Program-made: the position numbers and the translations under genes | Shown here: positions 28,974-37,195 of the stretch, in pieces | Layout of the letters: each line of letters begins with the position of its first letter | How positions within the stretch are numbered: position 1 is the first letter of the stretch | Source of the DNA: Patescibacteria group bacterium | Lineage (GTDB): Bacteria; Patescibacteriota; Microgenomatia; UBA1400; PJMF01 | Direction of reading: 5' to 3' | NCBI GenBank assembly: GCA_045541795.1 | Contig: JAZQJV010000018.1 | Span: 197,134 to 261,133 of the forward strand | Length of the DNA: 64,000 nt | Notes under the pieces: generated by a model | Seen by the model: only the letters and a program-made list of their open reading frames with translations | What the model was told of the DNA's origin: nothing | Database searches by the model: none

Positions 28974-30227
28974 TTGAATGGTATCATGATCGTCGATCAA
29001 GGTGAAGTCTGGTTTGAAAGCCGCCGTCAGCAATATGTAGACAGTAATGACTGGCAGCTTTATGAGCGCCTCCTGACAGCTTATTTTGACGCCCGTCGCC
29101 ACAAACGCTCTACCAATAATCAGCTGGCATTTGAAATTGATTTGCTTCATCACGTCCAAGAACTATACGACGCCATCCATGATCGTCACTATACCCTCGA
29201 GCCTGGCATTGCTTTTGTGGTAGACGACCCCAAGCCACGCGAGATTTTGGCCGCCTCTTTCCGCGATCGGGTCGTCCATCATTTTGTCTGCAGTCTCATG
29301 ACACCGTACTGGGAGCCGCGTTTTATCGCCGACTCATATTCTTGCCGGGTGGGCAAAGGTACGCACTACGCGATCGCCCGGGCCCACAAGCACGCCCAGC
29401 GCCTCACGCACAATTACCGCGATGAAGCCTGGGTACTCAAACTCGATCTCAAGTGTTATTTTATGTACATTGACAAAGCCGTCTTGTGGGAGCTGATCCA
29501 GCCGATGTTTACGGCTGATGAGGATGCGCTCGCGGCCGGGCGCATCAGTGAGGAAGAGGCCCGCTATCATCTGGTACGCGGTTTTAATGACTATTTTGCG
29601 GCTGTTTTGGAATATTTGTTGCGGATCATTATTTTTTCCTGCCCGATGCTGAGCGTCCAGCTGCGGGGCAGACTTGATCGCTGGACGCTCCTTCCTGCCG
29701 AAAAAACCCTATTTATCGCGCCTTTTTGGCGCGGTTTTCCAATTGGTAATCTCACCAGTCAGCTGTTTTCCAATATTTATCTGCATGCTTTGGACTGTTT
29801 TATCAAATATCGGCTAGGCTTTACTCACTACGGCCGCTACGTAGACGATTTATACATGATGGATACGGATAAAACCCGCCTTAAGCGCGCCCGCACGGCT
29901 ATCGGTAAGTTTTTGGCCGACACACTTCATTTGCGCCTTCATCCTACCAAGGTGATTTTACAGCCCGTCAAGTACGGCTTTCCTTTTGTTGGTGGGGTAG
30001 TGCGTCCGCACTCCTGCGTGCCTACTCGCCGTTTCCAAAAACGCTACCAAAAATTTATGACCGGCCACTCTGCCCGGCATTACACCGAGTATCAGCGCTC
30101 CCGCATCGCTAGTTACCAAGGTCATGATACCAAGATCCGCCATCTGCCCGAGCCCAAGCGCACGCTCACACAAAAAAGGCTCAAAAGACTAGCCGACCAG
30201 CAGCAAGCGTGTATTTATCACCGCTAA
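28974..30227 (+). CDS. DGR reverse transcriptase
   Basis: PKPREILAASFRDRVVHH, DSYSCRVGKGTH, KLDLKCYF, GFPIGNLTSQLFSNIYL, YGRYVDD, GFPFVG. Start TTG 28974 or ATG 28986. Confidence 0.96.
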   Translation: MNGIMIVDQGEVWFESRRQQYVDSNDWQLYERLLTAYFDARRHKRSTNNQLAFEIDLLHHVQELYDAIHDRHYTLEPGIAFVVDDPKPREILAASFRDRVVHHFVCSLMTPYWEPRFIADSYSCRVGKGTHYAIARAHKHAQRLTHNYRDEAWVLKLDLKCYFMYIDKAVLWELIQPMFTADEDALAAGRISEEEARYHLVRGFNDYFAAVLEYLLRIIIFSCPMLSVQLRGRLDRWTLLPAEKTLFIAPFWRGFPIGNLTSQLFSNIYLHALDCFIKYRLGFTHYGRYVDDLYMMDTDKTRLKRARTAIGKFLADTLHLRLHPTKVILQPVKYGFPFVGGVVRPHSCVPTRRFQKRYQKFMTGHSARHYTEYQRSRIASYQGHDTKIRHLPEPKRTLTQKRLKRLADQQQACIYHR

Positions 30228-30255
30228 AAAGGGCTTTTTTAGTGTAAAATTAAAT

Positions 30256-30690
30256 GGACGAAAGTCGCTCTTTGATAGCTGACGCCGTGCCCGCCCGCGT
30301 AAAATCAACTCTCGGGTGGAAGAAATCCAGCACAAAAGACCAGCCTGCTGCCGGCTTGCCGAGCGTGATAGGTATTTTGGTACCGGGGCCGCCAGGCCCG
30401 AGGGGTAATCACAAGTGGTCTGCAGTTATTTTTTTCACGTATACTGCACCAGCTGACCGTCCGCCGGTACGGTGATGACGGCAAAAAACTGCCGTCGGCC
30501 TGATCAACCAGGGGTCGAACGCGAACTATTGGTCCTCTACTGCTAGGTCTACTACCAACGCCTACAACTTGAACGTGAACAGCTCGAACGTGAAACCCCT
30601 AGGCAACAATCCGGGCAACAACAAGTACTACGGCTTTTCGGTTCGCTGCAATGCTGTCATCAGCTCACGGCGTCAGCCAAGGAGTCAGAA
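30256..30690 (+). ncRNA. Putative DGR template RNA (TR with structured flanks)
   Basis: TAAAAT at 30245-30250; hairpin+boxA-like leader; 12-bp inverted repeat 30278-30289/30666-30677; 11-bp stem 30473-30483/30652-30662 enclosing the TR. Confidence 0.7.
30488..30649 (+). repeat. DGR template repeat (TR)
   Basis: AAC-rich copy of the VR (12 AAY codons in the VR frame). Confidence 0.97.
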
Positions 30691-31216
30691 ATTGACCCTT
30701 GACAACACCCCAGCCACGATCTATAATGAACGCACATCTAAATCGTAGCAAAGAGGATTTTGAAGTTCGGTGTAGATTCAATCTCCTACTGCTAATTAGA
30801 AATCGAGCTTACGTAGATTTCTTCTTACCGTACGTAAGGTTCTGTAACAGCGTGTGGAGTCCAACGTCAAGCGCTTGGATGCGACCTGGTATCGGTTTCA
30901 TGTCTTCAGTCTTTCTCTTTCTTGTCTGAGGTTTCTTGCTGCCGGTAGTGGTGGGGTTGAATTGCGGATGCATTTGGGAAGCGAACTCACACCCGCTCGC
31001 ACACGCTCGCGCGGGCAGCACGCCGTTTGCAGGATAATTGCAGAAGAAATTAATTTTCCAGGCGTCATGCATATTTTCCGGGGGAAGAGACGAGCAAACT
31101 GCCGTTGGTGACCAAAAGGAGTTTTCATCCGAACTTTTAGACCTTTTAAATCACGATCATGACGTTATCGCTCGTGAGTATTATACCATGAAAAAGTTGC
31201 TTGATGAGATTAAAAA

Positions 31217-32350
31217 TCAAGGTAGGTCTAGGTGAGCAATAATTTCCTCCTCACTTGGCAAAACATTTTGTAGGCTGTAGGTCGAAATGCCGACTGGTTG
31301 CCCACTTTTCTCGACTGTCCACTGGGCAACGACACTGTTTTTCTCTTTACAGATTAAAAGTCCGATAGTCTGCTTGTCCTGAGGAGTTTTGATCAGATGA
31401 TCGACGGCATTACAATAGAAATTTAATTTGCTGACAAATTCCGGTTGGAATTTTACTACTTTGAGTTCCACCACGATAAAACGTCGCAGTTTATAGTGAT
31501 AAAACAGTAGATCAGGGGCATACTCGTCGCCATTTACAACTAGCGGTACTTGCCTGCCCACATAAGCAAAGCCCGTGCCGAGTGTGAGTAAAAATTGCGT
31601 AAGATTGTTTTCAATTGCCTGCTGTAGGTCTTTTTCTTGATAATTTCTTCTCAAAGTCAGAAAATCTAATTTGTAATTATCTCGCAGAATTTCCCGAGCC
31701 AAATCACCCTCTGTCTTGGGTAGTGTAAGGGAGAAATTGTTGATTGTCTTGCCTCTTGTCTGGTAAAGTTTGGTATCAAGCATATTAAGCAGTGTTGCTC
31801 GACTCCAGTTGTTTTCTCTTACCTGAGCAATAAAAAACAATGCCTCATTCAGTGATTTGACTTTGGTAAAAATTTCGATGTGATGCCGCCATGGGATAGT
31901 AAAGATAATGTCTAAATGTTCATCTTTCCAATGGTCAATAGACGCTGTCTGCGATTCTGCATCAGGCTGGTGCAAAATTAAACCCATGGTAGATTCGTCA
32001 CCGAGTTGGTGACGACTTGGCAAACCCTTGAACTCTGCACCAAGTTGGTGCAGAATTGGGCTGTAGAACTCGTAAAACCGTTTCATATAGCGGATATTTC
32101 TTGCAGAGAAACCTTGTGCATCAGGAAATTCCACTTTAAGATCACGACTTAAATTATCGTAAAAACGACTGCCGTATTTGTTGTCAAACTGCTTAGTAGT
32201 AATATCTCTCCCTATCCGCCAGTAAAGTCGCAGCATCTGTTCATTAACAGCAATACTGGCTTTGATTTGAGTGTGAGCAATGTCCTTCTTGAGCGTTGAT
32301 AACCAGTGAACGTATTCTTGATTTTTGCTCGCCAATAATTCACTAGACAT
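31217..32350 (-). CDS. YhcG/DUF1016 family PD-(D/E)XK nuclease domain protein
   Basis: LYWRIG..I, GFSARNIRYMKRFY, IPWRHH, LGTGFAYVGRQ, DLLFYH..LRRFIVVELK, IGLLICK. Confidence 0.92.
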   Translation of the reverse strand: MSSELLASKNQEYVHWLSTLKKDIAHTQIKASIAVNEQMLRLYWRIGRDITTKQFDNKYGSRFYDNLSRDLKVEFPDAQGFSARNIRYMKRFYEFYSPILHQLGAEFKGLPSRHQLGDESTMGLILHQPDAESQTASIDHWKDEHLDIIFTIPWRHHIEIFTKVKSLNEALFFIAQVRENNWSRATLLNMLDTKLYQTRGKTINNFSLTLPKTEGDLAREILRDNYKLDFLTLRRNYQEKDLQQAIENNLTQFLLTLGTGFAYVGRQVPLVVNGDEYAPDLLFYHYKLRRFIVVELKVVKFQPEFVSKLNFYCNAVDHLIKTPQDKQTIGLLICKEKNSVVAQWTVEKSGQPVGISTYSLQNVLPSEEEIIAHLDLP

Positions 32351-32456
32351 ATCAGACTTTCTTTTTTATACTTATAATTTACCATAAATAGTGCAAAATG
32401 TCAAATTTTCGTGCAACCTCAGTATATTTCGGAATAAAAATTCCTATCAAACAAAG

Positions 32457-33551
32457 CTATCTAAACTGACCGTTACAATAGTGATCTATTAAAATTCTTC
32501 TGTCAATTGAATCAGTCACTTCGTTATCAATAAATTGTGCACAACTAATGTCTGTTGATTCATGCAATAAAAACTCTGTAAATATCTTGAGAACAGTTTT
32601 TATTTCGCCTGTTTGATTATTTACTGTAAAACTCACACTATAACAATGTCCCATGCAGATATCACTAAAGGGGTTAATTGATGCATCAAATCTCTCAATG
32701 TGATTAGCGTGATCTTCGTCCGTGCTGATATCAGTGATACTTCTAATATGAATGTTTGATAAAGGATAGCTATATTCTTGTTTATCGAAATATTCATCAA
32801 CCGTACCATTAGTTTTTTGCGTGGCGGCGATCAATGAATTTCTTTGTTTTTCTTCAACTTCTTCAAACTCGTCCAGCATGCCCAATTCCCTTAAAGCTAC
32901 AGCATTTGCGTCAAATATTTGCATGTCTGAGTAATAGTATGTCAAAGAATATACTTTGCCGTCATATATGTATAATGCCAATCTATCTCCTTCTTCTATT
33001 CCACCAAAAGGATTACTTAATTGTCTGGTTTGATCTTCGATAAATCCTAACAACAATAGAGCTTTTTTGGCTTGTTCATAATAGAGTTCCATATTATCTT
33101 GATTAACTTCAATTATCCAATAGGCCAAATCGTGATCAGAACCAAAAGAATGTCTAAATTGTGGGCCACTCATAGTTAAAACAGGTTCTAGCGATTTTAA
33201 CCTCCACCAAGTATCGATGCCAACGCCATGCCAGCCTTTGGATTGGCCATATTCCCATCCATCATATAAAAGAAGATATTTTGAAATCTTTTGATTCAGT
33301 TGTGAAGAGCTTTGATTTGCACCCTCTAAATCATCATTTTTTTCTTTCAAATTAGTCAATTCATTTTCGCCAATATTGTCTAATTCCAAATCATGGTCGG
33401 ATGTCTCTTGTAAAGAATTTTTGTCTGACTTTTCTATGGTGAAATTTAAGTACATAGCTATCACAGTCAATATACATAACACTGCTAAAACAAATATAAC
33501 TATCCTTTTGTAAAAAGGCTCTATTGCAGTAGCTTTGTTATTATTTGGCAT
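32457..33551 (-). CDS. Hypothetical membrane-anchored protein, AT-rich
   Basis: 364-aa ORF with N-terminal TM; visibly lower GC than backbone. Confidence 0.7.
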   Translation of the reverse strand: MPNNNKATAIEPFYKRIVIFVLAVLCILTVIAMYLNFTIEKSDKNSLQETSDHDLELDNIGENELTNLKEKNDDLEGANQSSSQLNQKISKYLLLYDGWEYGQSKGWHGVGIDTWWRLKSLEPVLTMSGPQFRHSFGSDHDLAYWIIEVNQDNMELYYEQAKKALLLLGFIEDQTRQLSNPFGGIEEGDRLALYIYDGKVYSLTYYYSDMQIFDANAVALRELGMLDEFEEVEEKQRNSLIAATQKTNGTVDEYFDKQEYSYPLSNIHIRSITDISTDEDHANHIERFDASINPFSDICMGHCYSVSFTVNNQTGEIKTVLKIFTEFLLHESTDISCAQFIDNEVTDSIDRRILIDHYCNGQFR

Positions 33552-33628
33552 ATCTGCATTATTACATCACGTTTATATTTCTTATTAATCAAGATTATTC
33601 ACGATTGCGACGAGAAAGACCCTTTTTG

Positions 33629-33702
33629 TGACCCCAAAGGGATTCGAACCCTTGATTTTTTGGATGAGAACCAAATGTCCTGGACCGCTAGACGATGGGG
33701 CC
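33629..33702 (-). tRNA. tRNA-Glu(CTC)
   Basis: GGCCCCATCGTCTAGCGGTCCAGGAC; TTTGG-TTCTCAT-CCAAA; GGTTCGAATCC. Confidence 0.93.
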
Positions 33703-33726
33703 ATTTTTTAAAGATGAGCTATTATA

Positions 33727-34821
33727 TCACGGAAAAAGCCCTCGTGCGCGAGCAATTTCCCACATGTGCGCATAAAAGTAGACATTATGGATCGCCGCCA
33801 GCCGTGCACAGCTGGTATCCTTGATCTTATATAAATGATGCAGGTATGCTCGTGAGTAGCGCTGACAGGTGTGACAGCCACAACCCGGATCTAGTGGGCG
33901 CTCATCGTGCGCGTATTTCGTCTTACCAAGGTCAAAAAGCTCATATATCTGGCCTGGCTTACTGCTCGAGACATAAAGCCGCCCGTGCCGGGCATCACGT
34001 GTGGGGAGCACACAGTCAAAAATCTGATAACCGGCTTTTGTCAGGGCGATAATTTCATCAGGTTTGCCAAAACCCATCGCGTAGCGAGGTAGCTCATCTG
34101 GCGTCAATCGGGCATTAGCGGCCGCCCATTCCAAATCTAGTCCGCCGCCAGGCAAAAACTTTGCCCCGCCCAGACAGTAACCATCAAAACCAATTGCCAC
34201 AAGTTCCTGGGCACACCACGCCCGTGCCTCCCAGTTGTCATGACCCTGGATCACCGCAAAAAGCAGTGGCCGCTCGGCCTCATCCAGCCGCCAGTAATGC
34301 AGCTGTCGCTCAAATTCCTGCTTGCAGCGTCTCGCCCAAGACACTGTCCGGCGCACACTTTCGCTCACACGCGCTGGGCTCGCCTCTGGTGGCGTATAAT
34401 CATCCAGACAAATTACGATGTCACTGCCCAGCGCAAACTGCATTGCCACCGAGTCCTCCGGCCGGAAAAGGAGCTTGGTTTGCTTTTTGGGCCCGGTGTA
34501 AGTCACCAGTCCCTTATCAGTAATTTTACCAAAGCCTGGGATTTTTTGGAAAAGTGAGTGTACCTGGAAACCGCCCGAATCACTAATCACCAAGCCGTCA
34601 TAGTTCATCAGTCGCTTCACCCCACCATGATCCACCATCCCGTCACGACCAGGAAAATCATGCAAGTGCCAAGTATTGACGATCAACCCTCGCACGCCGG
34701 TCGCATCCAGATCATCGCTGTCTAGACCCTTTACCACACCGCGCGTCGCGTCCGGGCAAAAAAGCGGCAAATTGTACTGCCGGCCCTTAATCACCAGTGA
34801 TTTTGGGGTGGTATCGCTCAT
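33727..34821 (-). CDS. tgt: tRNA-guanine transglycosylase
   Basis: VNTWHL, DSGGFQ, VIQG, MGFG, FDCVLPTRDARHG, CGCHTC...HN zinc site. Confidence 0.93.
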   Translation of the reverse strand: MSDTTPKSLVIKGRQYNLPLFCPDATRGVVKGLDSDDLDATGVRGLIVNTWHLHDFPGRDGMVDHGGVKRLMNYDGLVISDSGGFQVHSLFQKIPGFGKITDKGLVTYTGPKKQTKLLFRPEDSVAMQFALGSDIVICLDDYTPPEASPARVSESVRRTVSWARRCKQEFERQLHYWRLDEAERPLLFAVIQGHDNWEARAWCAQELVAIGFDGYCLGGAKFLPGGGLDLEWAAANARLTPDELPRYAMGFGKPDEIIALTKAGYQIFDCVLPTRDARHGRLYVSSSKPGQIYELFDLGKTKYAHDERPLDPGCGCHTCQRYSRAYLHHLYKIKDTSCARLAAIHNVYFYAHMWEIARARGLFP

Positions 34822-34828
34822 ACCTTCC

Positions 34829-35272
34829 TCAGCCGCAAAGCGGTATCCCGCGCGCATCCGCACGATACCCGGGGGCAGCAGACAGGATCAGCACCCCCTC
34901 GATAAATGCCCAAATTCCCACCGCAAAACTAGCAAGGAACAAGGTAAAAGGTCCGACGATCACGGCCAAAACTAGTTGGCAAATCGCCCGGGCATGATAG
35001 CCTAGATAAAAGTTATGCAAACCTAGACAGCCAAATAAAATCGCCAGGATACCAGCGACCGCCCGAGAGCGACGATCAGGCCGGTCATCGGCGACATAAT
35101 CCACGCATCCCGGATTGTCTACGTGATGAGAACTGCTTTTTACCTGACCGCTATAAGCCTTGCCGCCAGCCAAAAGCGCACCGCATGAGGGGCAATAATT
35201 ATCGTTTAAGCGTACTACCCGTCCACAACGATCACATTTTCGCTCTGGTAAGGTTGGATTTTTCTTGCCCAT
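34829..35272 (-). CDS. Zinc-ribbon + TM2 domain protein
   Basis: CDRCG...CPSCG; AGILAILFGCLGLHNFYLG. Confidence 0.85.
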   Translation of the reverse strand: MGKKNPTLPERKCDRCGRVVRLNDNYCPSCGALLAGGKAYSGQVKSSSHHVDNPGCVDYVADDRPDRRSRAVAGILAILFGCLGLHNFYLGYHARAICQLVLAVIVGPFTLFLASFAVGIWAFIEGVLILSAAPGYRADARGIPLCG

Positions 35273-35458
35273 ATCATCTTTCTAGTTACGACCGGCCTAA
35301 TATAGCACAAAGCGACTAACTTGTCAAGGACAGCTACCAACTACCCTATATTATATCACAAAAAGTCATTTTTGTCAAGAGGCAATTTAGCCTGGAAAAG
35401 CAATTGAGGCTTGACAAGAAGATGCAGTAATGGTAAAATAACACCTTGAGAATTTTGT

Positions 35459-37195
35459 ATGTGGTCACAAATTAGGAAAATCTGGCAGTTCATCGGCGAG
35501 TATCGGCTCGCGACTTTGGCGACGCCGCTTTTGGCAGTGCTCGGTGCTGCAGCCGAGACAGCTGCTCCATTATTTATGGCAGCGATGCTCGACCAAGGCG
35601 TCACGCCAGGAGACATGGATAAGCTGGCCTGGTATGGGCTGTGGACGGTCATCTCATCGCTGGCAGCACTCGTGATTTCCTCACTGGCGGCCATATCTGC
35701 TGCCAAGGCGGGTGCCGGCTTTGCCAAAAACCTGCGCGCCGCCCTTTTTGCCAAAATCCAAGATTTTTCCTTTTATAATATTGACAAATTTTCGCCCGCC
35801 TCACTCATTACCAGGCTCACTTCAGACGTCAGCAGCCTGCAAAACTCATTTGTAATGCTCATCCGCATGGCCATCCGTGCGCCGGCAATCATCACACTGT
35901 CACTGTTGGTTTCATTTGGCCTCAATCGTCAATTATCACTGATTTTCCTGTTTTTGATGCCGGTCATCGTCATCGGCATGTATTTTATCACGACGCACGC
36001 TCATCCCCATTTCAAAAAGCTCTTCAAGATCTACGATAAACTCAACCTCGTGGTAGAAGAAAACATCCGCGGTATCCGGGTGGTCAAAACTTACGTCACT
36101 GCCAAGCGGGAAATTGCGAAATTTCGTCATGTGTCCGACGAGATCTACCAAGAATTTTCGCTGGCGGAAAAGATTTTGGCCCTCACTAGTCCCTTGATGG
36201 AATTTGTGACGTATACCTGCGTGCTCTTGATTGCTTGGTTTGGGGCGCATTTCATCGTGGCGGGCAGTTTTACCACGGGAGAACTTATAAGTCTCATCAA
36301 TTACGCCATGCATATCCTCATGAGCTTGATGATGCTTTCCATGATGATGGTGATGCTGGTGATGTCACGCTCGGCACTCGATCGGATTTGTGAAGTTTTA
36401 GACGAAAAAATTGACCTACAAAGCCCAGAAAATCCGCTTACCACCGTGCCAGACGGCCAAGTAGAGTTCCGGCGGGTGGGCTTTAGTTATGTCGGCGAGC
36501 GGGATCAGGAGTGCCTACAAGACATTACCTTGCAAATTCCTTCTGGTAGCACTCTGGGAATCATTGGCAGTACCGGCTCGGGTAAATCATCACTAGCACA
36601 GCTTATCCCCAGGCTTTATGACGTCACCTCTGGCAGTGTGGCGGTGGGCGGGCATGATGTGCGCGAGTATGACCTCAAAGCGCTGCGTCAAGCGGTGGCC
36701 ATGGTCCTGCAAAAAAATGTACTTTTTTCCGGCACCATCCGGCAAAATTTACGCTGGGGTAATAGTAAGGCCAGCGACAGCCAGCTGGAGGCGGCTTGTA
36801 AGCAAGCCCAGATCCATGACTTCATCATGAGCCTGCCTGATGGCTACGCCACCAAAGTGGAGCAGGGCGGAACCAATTTTTCTGGCGGTCAGCGCCAGCG
36901 TCTGTGCATCGCCCGCGCTTTGCTCAAAAAACCCAAAGTCTTGATCTTAGATGACTCCACCAGTGCTGTGGATACGCGCACCGAAAGCCTGATTCGTGAA
37001 GCCTGGCGCCACTCCATCCCCGATACCACGCTCATCATTATCGCTCAGCGCATCCTCTCCGTGCAAACTGCTGATCAGATTTTAGTGCTAGACGGCGGGC
37101 GGATCTCAGGCATCGGTACTCATGATGAACTGCTGGCGAAAAATCAGATCTACCAAGAAATTTACCATTCTCAAGTCAGAAAGGAGGAATCATGA
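35459..37195 (+). CDS. ABC exporter, fused permease/ATPase (heterodimer subunit A)
   Basis: 6 TM; GSTGSGKS; FSGGQRQR; degenerate Walker B ILDDSTS. Confidence 0.93.
   Translation: MWSQIRKIWQFIGEYRLATLATPLLAVLGAAAETAAPLFMAAMLDQGVTPGDMDKLAWYGLWTVISSLAALVISSLAAISAAKAGAGFAKNLRAALFAKIQDFSFYNIDKFSPASLITRLTSDVSSLQNSFVMLIRMAIRAPAIITLSLLVSFGLNRQLSLIFLFLMPVIVIGMYFITTHAHPHFKKLFKIYDKLNLVVEENIRGIRVVKTYVTAKREIAKFRHVSDEIYQEFSLAEKILALTSPLMEFVTYTCVLLIAWFGAHFIVAGSFTTGELISLINYAMHILMSLMMLSMMMVMLVMSRSALDRICEVLDEKIDLQSPENPLTTVPDGQVEFRRVGFSYVGERDQECLQDITLQIPSGSTLGIIGSTGSGKSSLAQLIPRLYDVTSGSVAVGGHDVREYDLKALRQAVAMVLQKNVLFSGTIRQNLRWGNSKASDSQLEAACKQAQIHDFIMSLPDGYATKVEQGGTNFSGGQRQRLCIARALLKKPKVLILDDSTSAVDTRTESLIREAWRHSIPDTTLIIIAQRILSVQTADQILVLDGGRISGIGTHDELLAKNQIYQEIYHSQVRKEES

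Larger units (their letters stand above)
26405..30690 (+). mobile_element. Complete diversity-generating retroelement (target-VR, accessory gene, RT, TR)
   Basis: All components co-oriented; TR/VR differences adenine-specific. Confidence 0.95.

Noticed and set aside
28974-30227. RT as group II intron, retron or CRISPR-associated RT
   Set aside because: No maturase/endonuclease extension or cas genes seen; the TR/VR pair with A-specific mismatches identifies a DGR.
30254-30475. 73-aa ORF upstream of the TR
   Set aside because: No recognisable protein features; it overlaps the stems of the proposed template RNA.
30699-31235. Promoter (TTGACA-N17-TATAAT) and short overlapping ORFs after the TR
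   Set aside because: No coherent reading frame or family motif; could be a decayed gene, but I cannot support a call.
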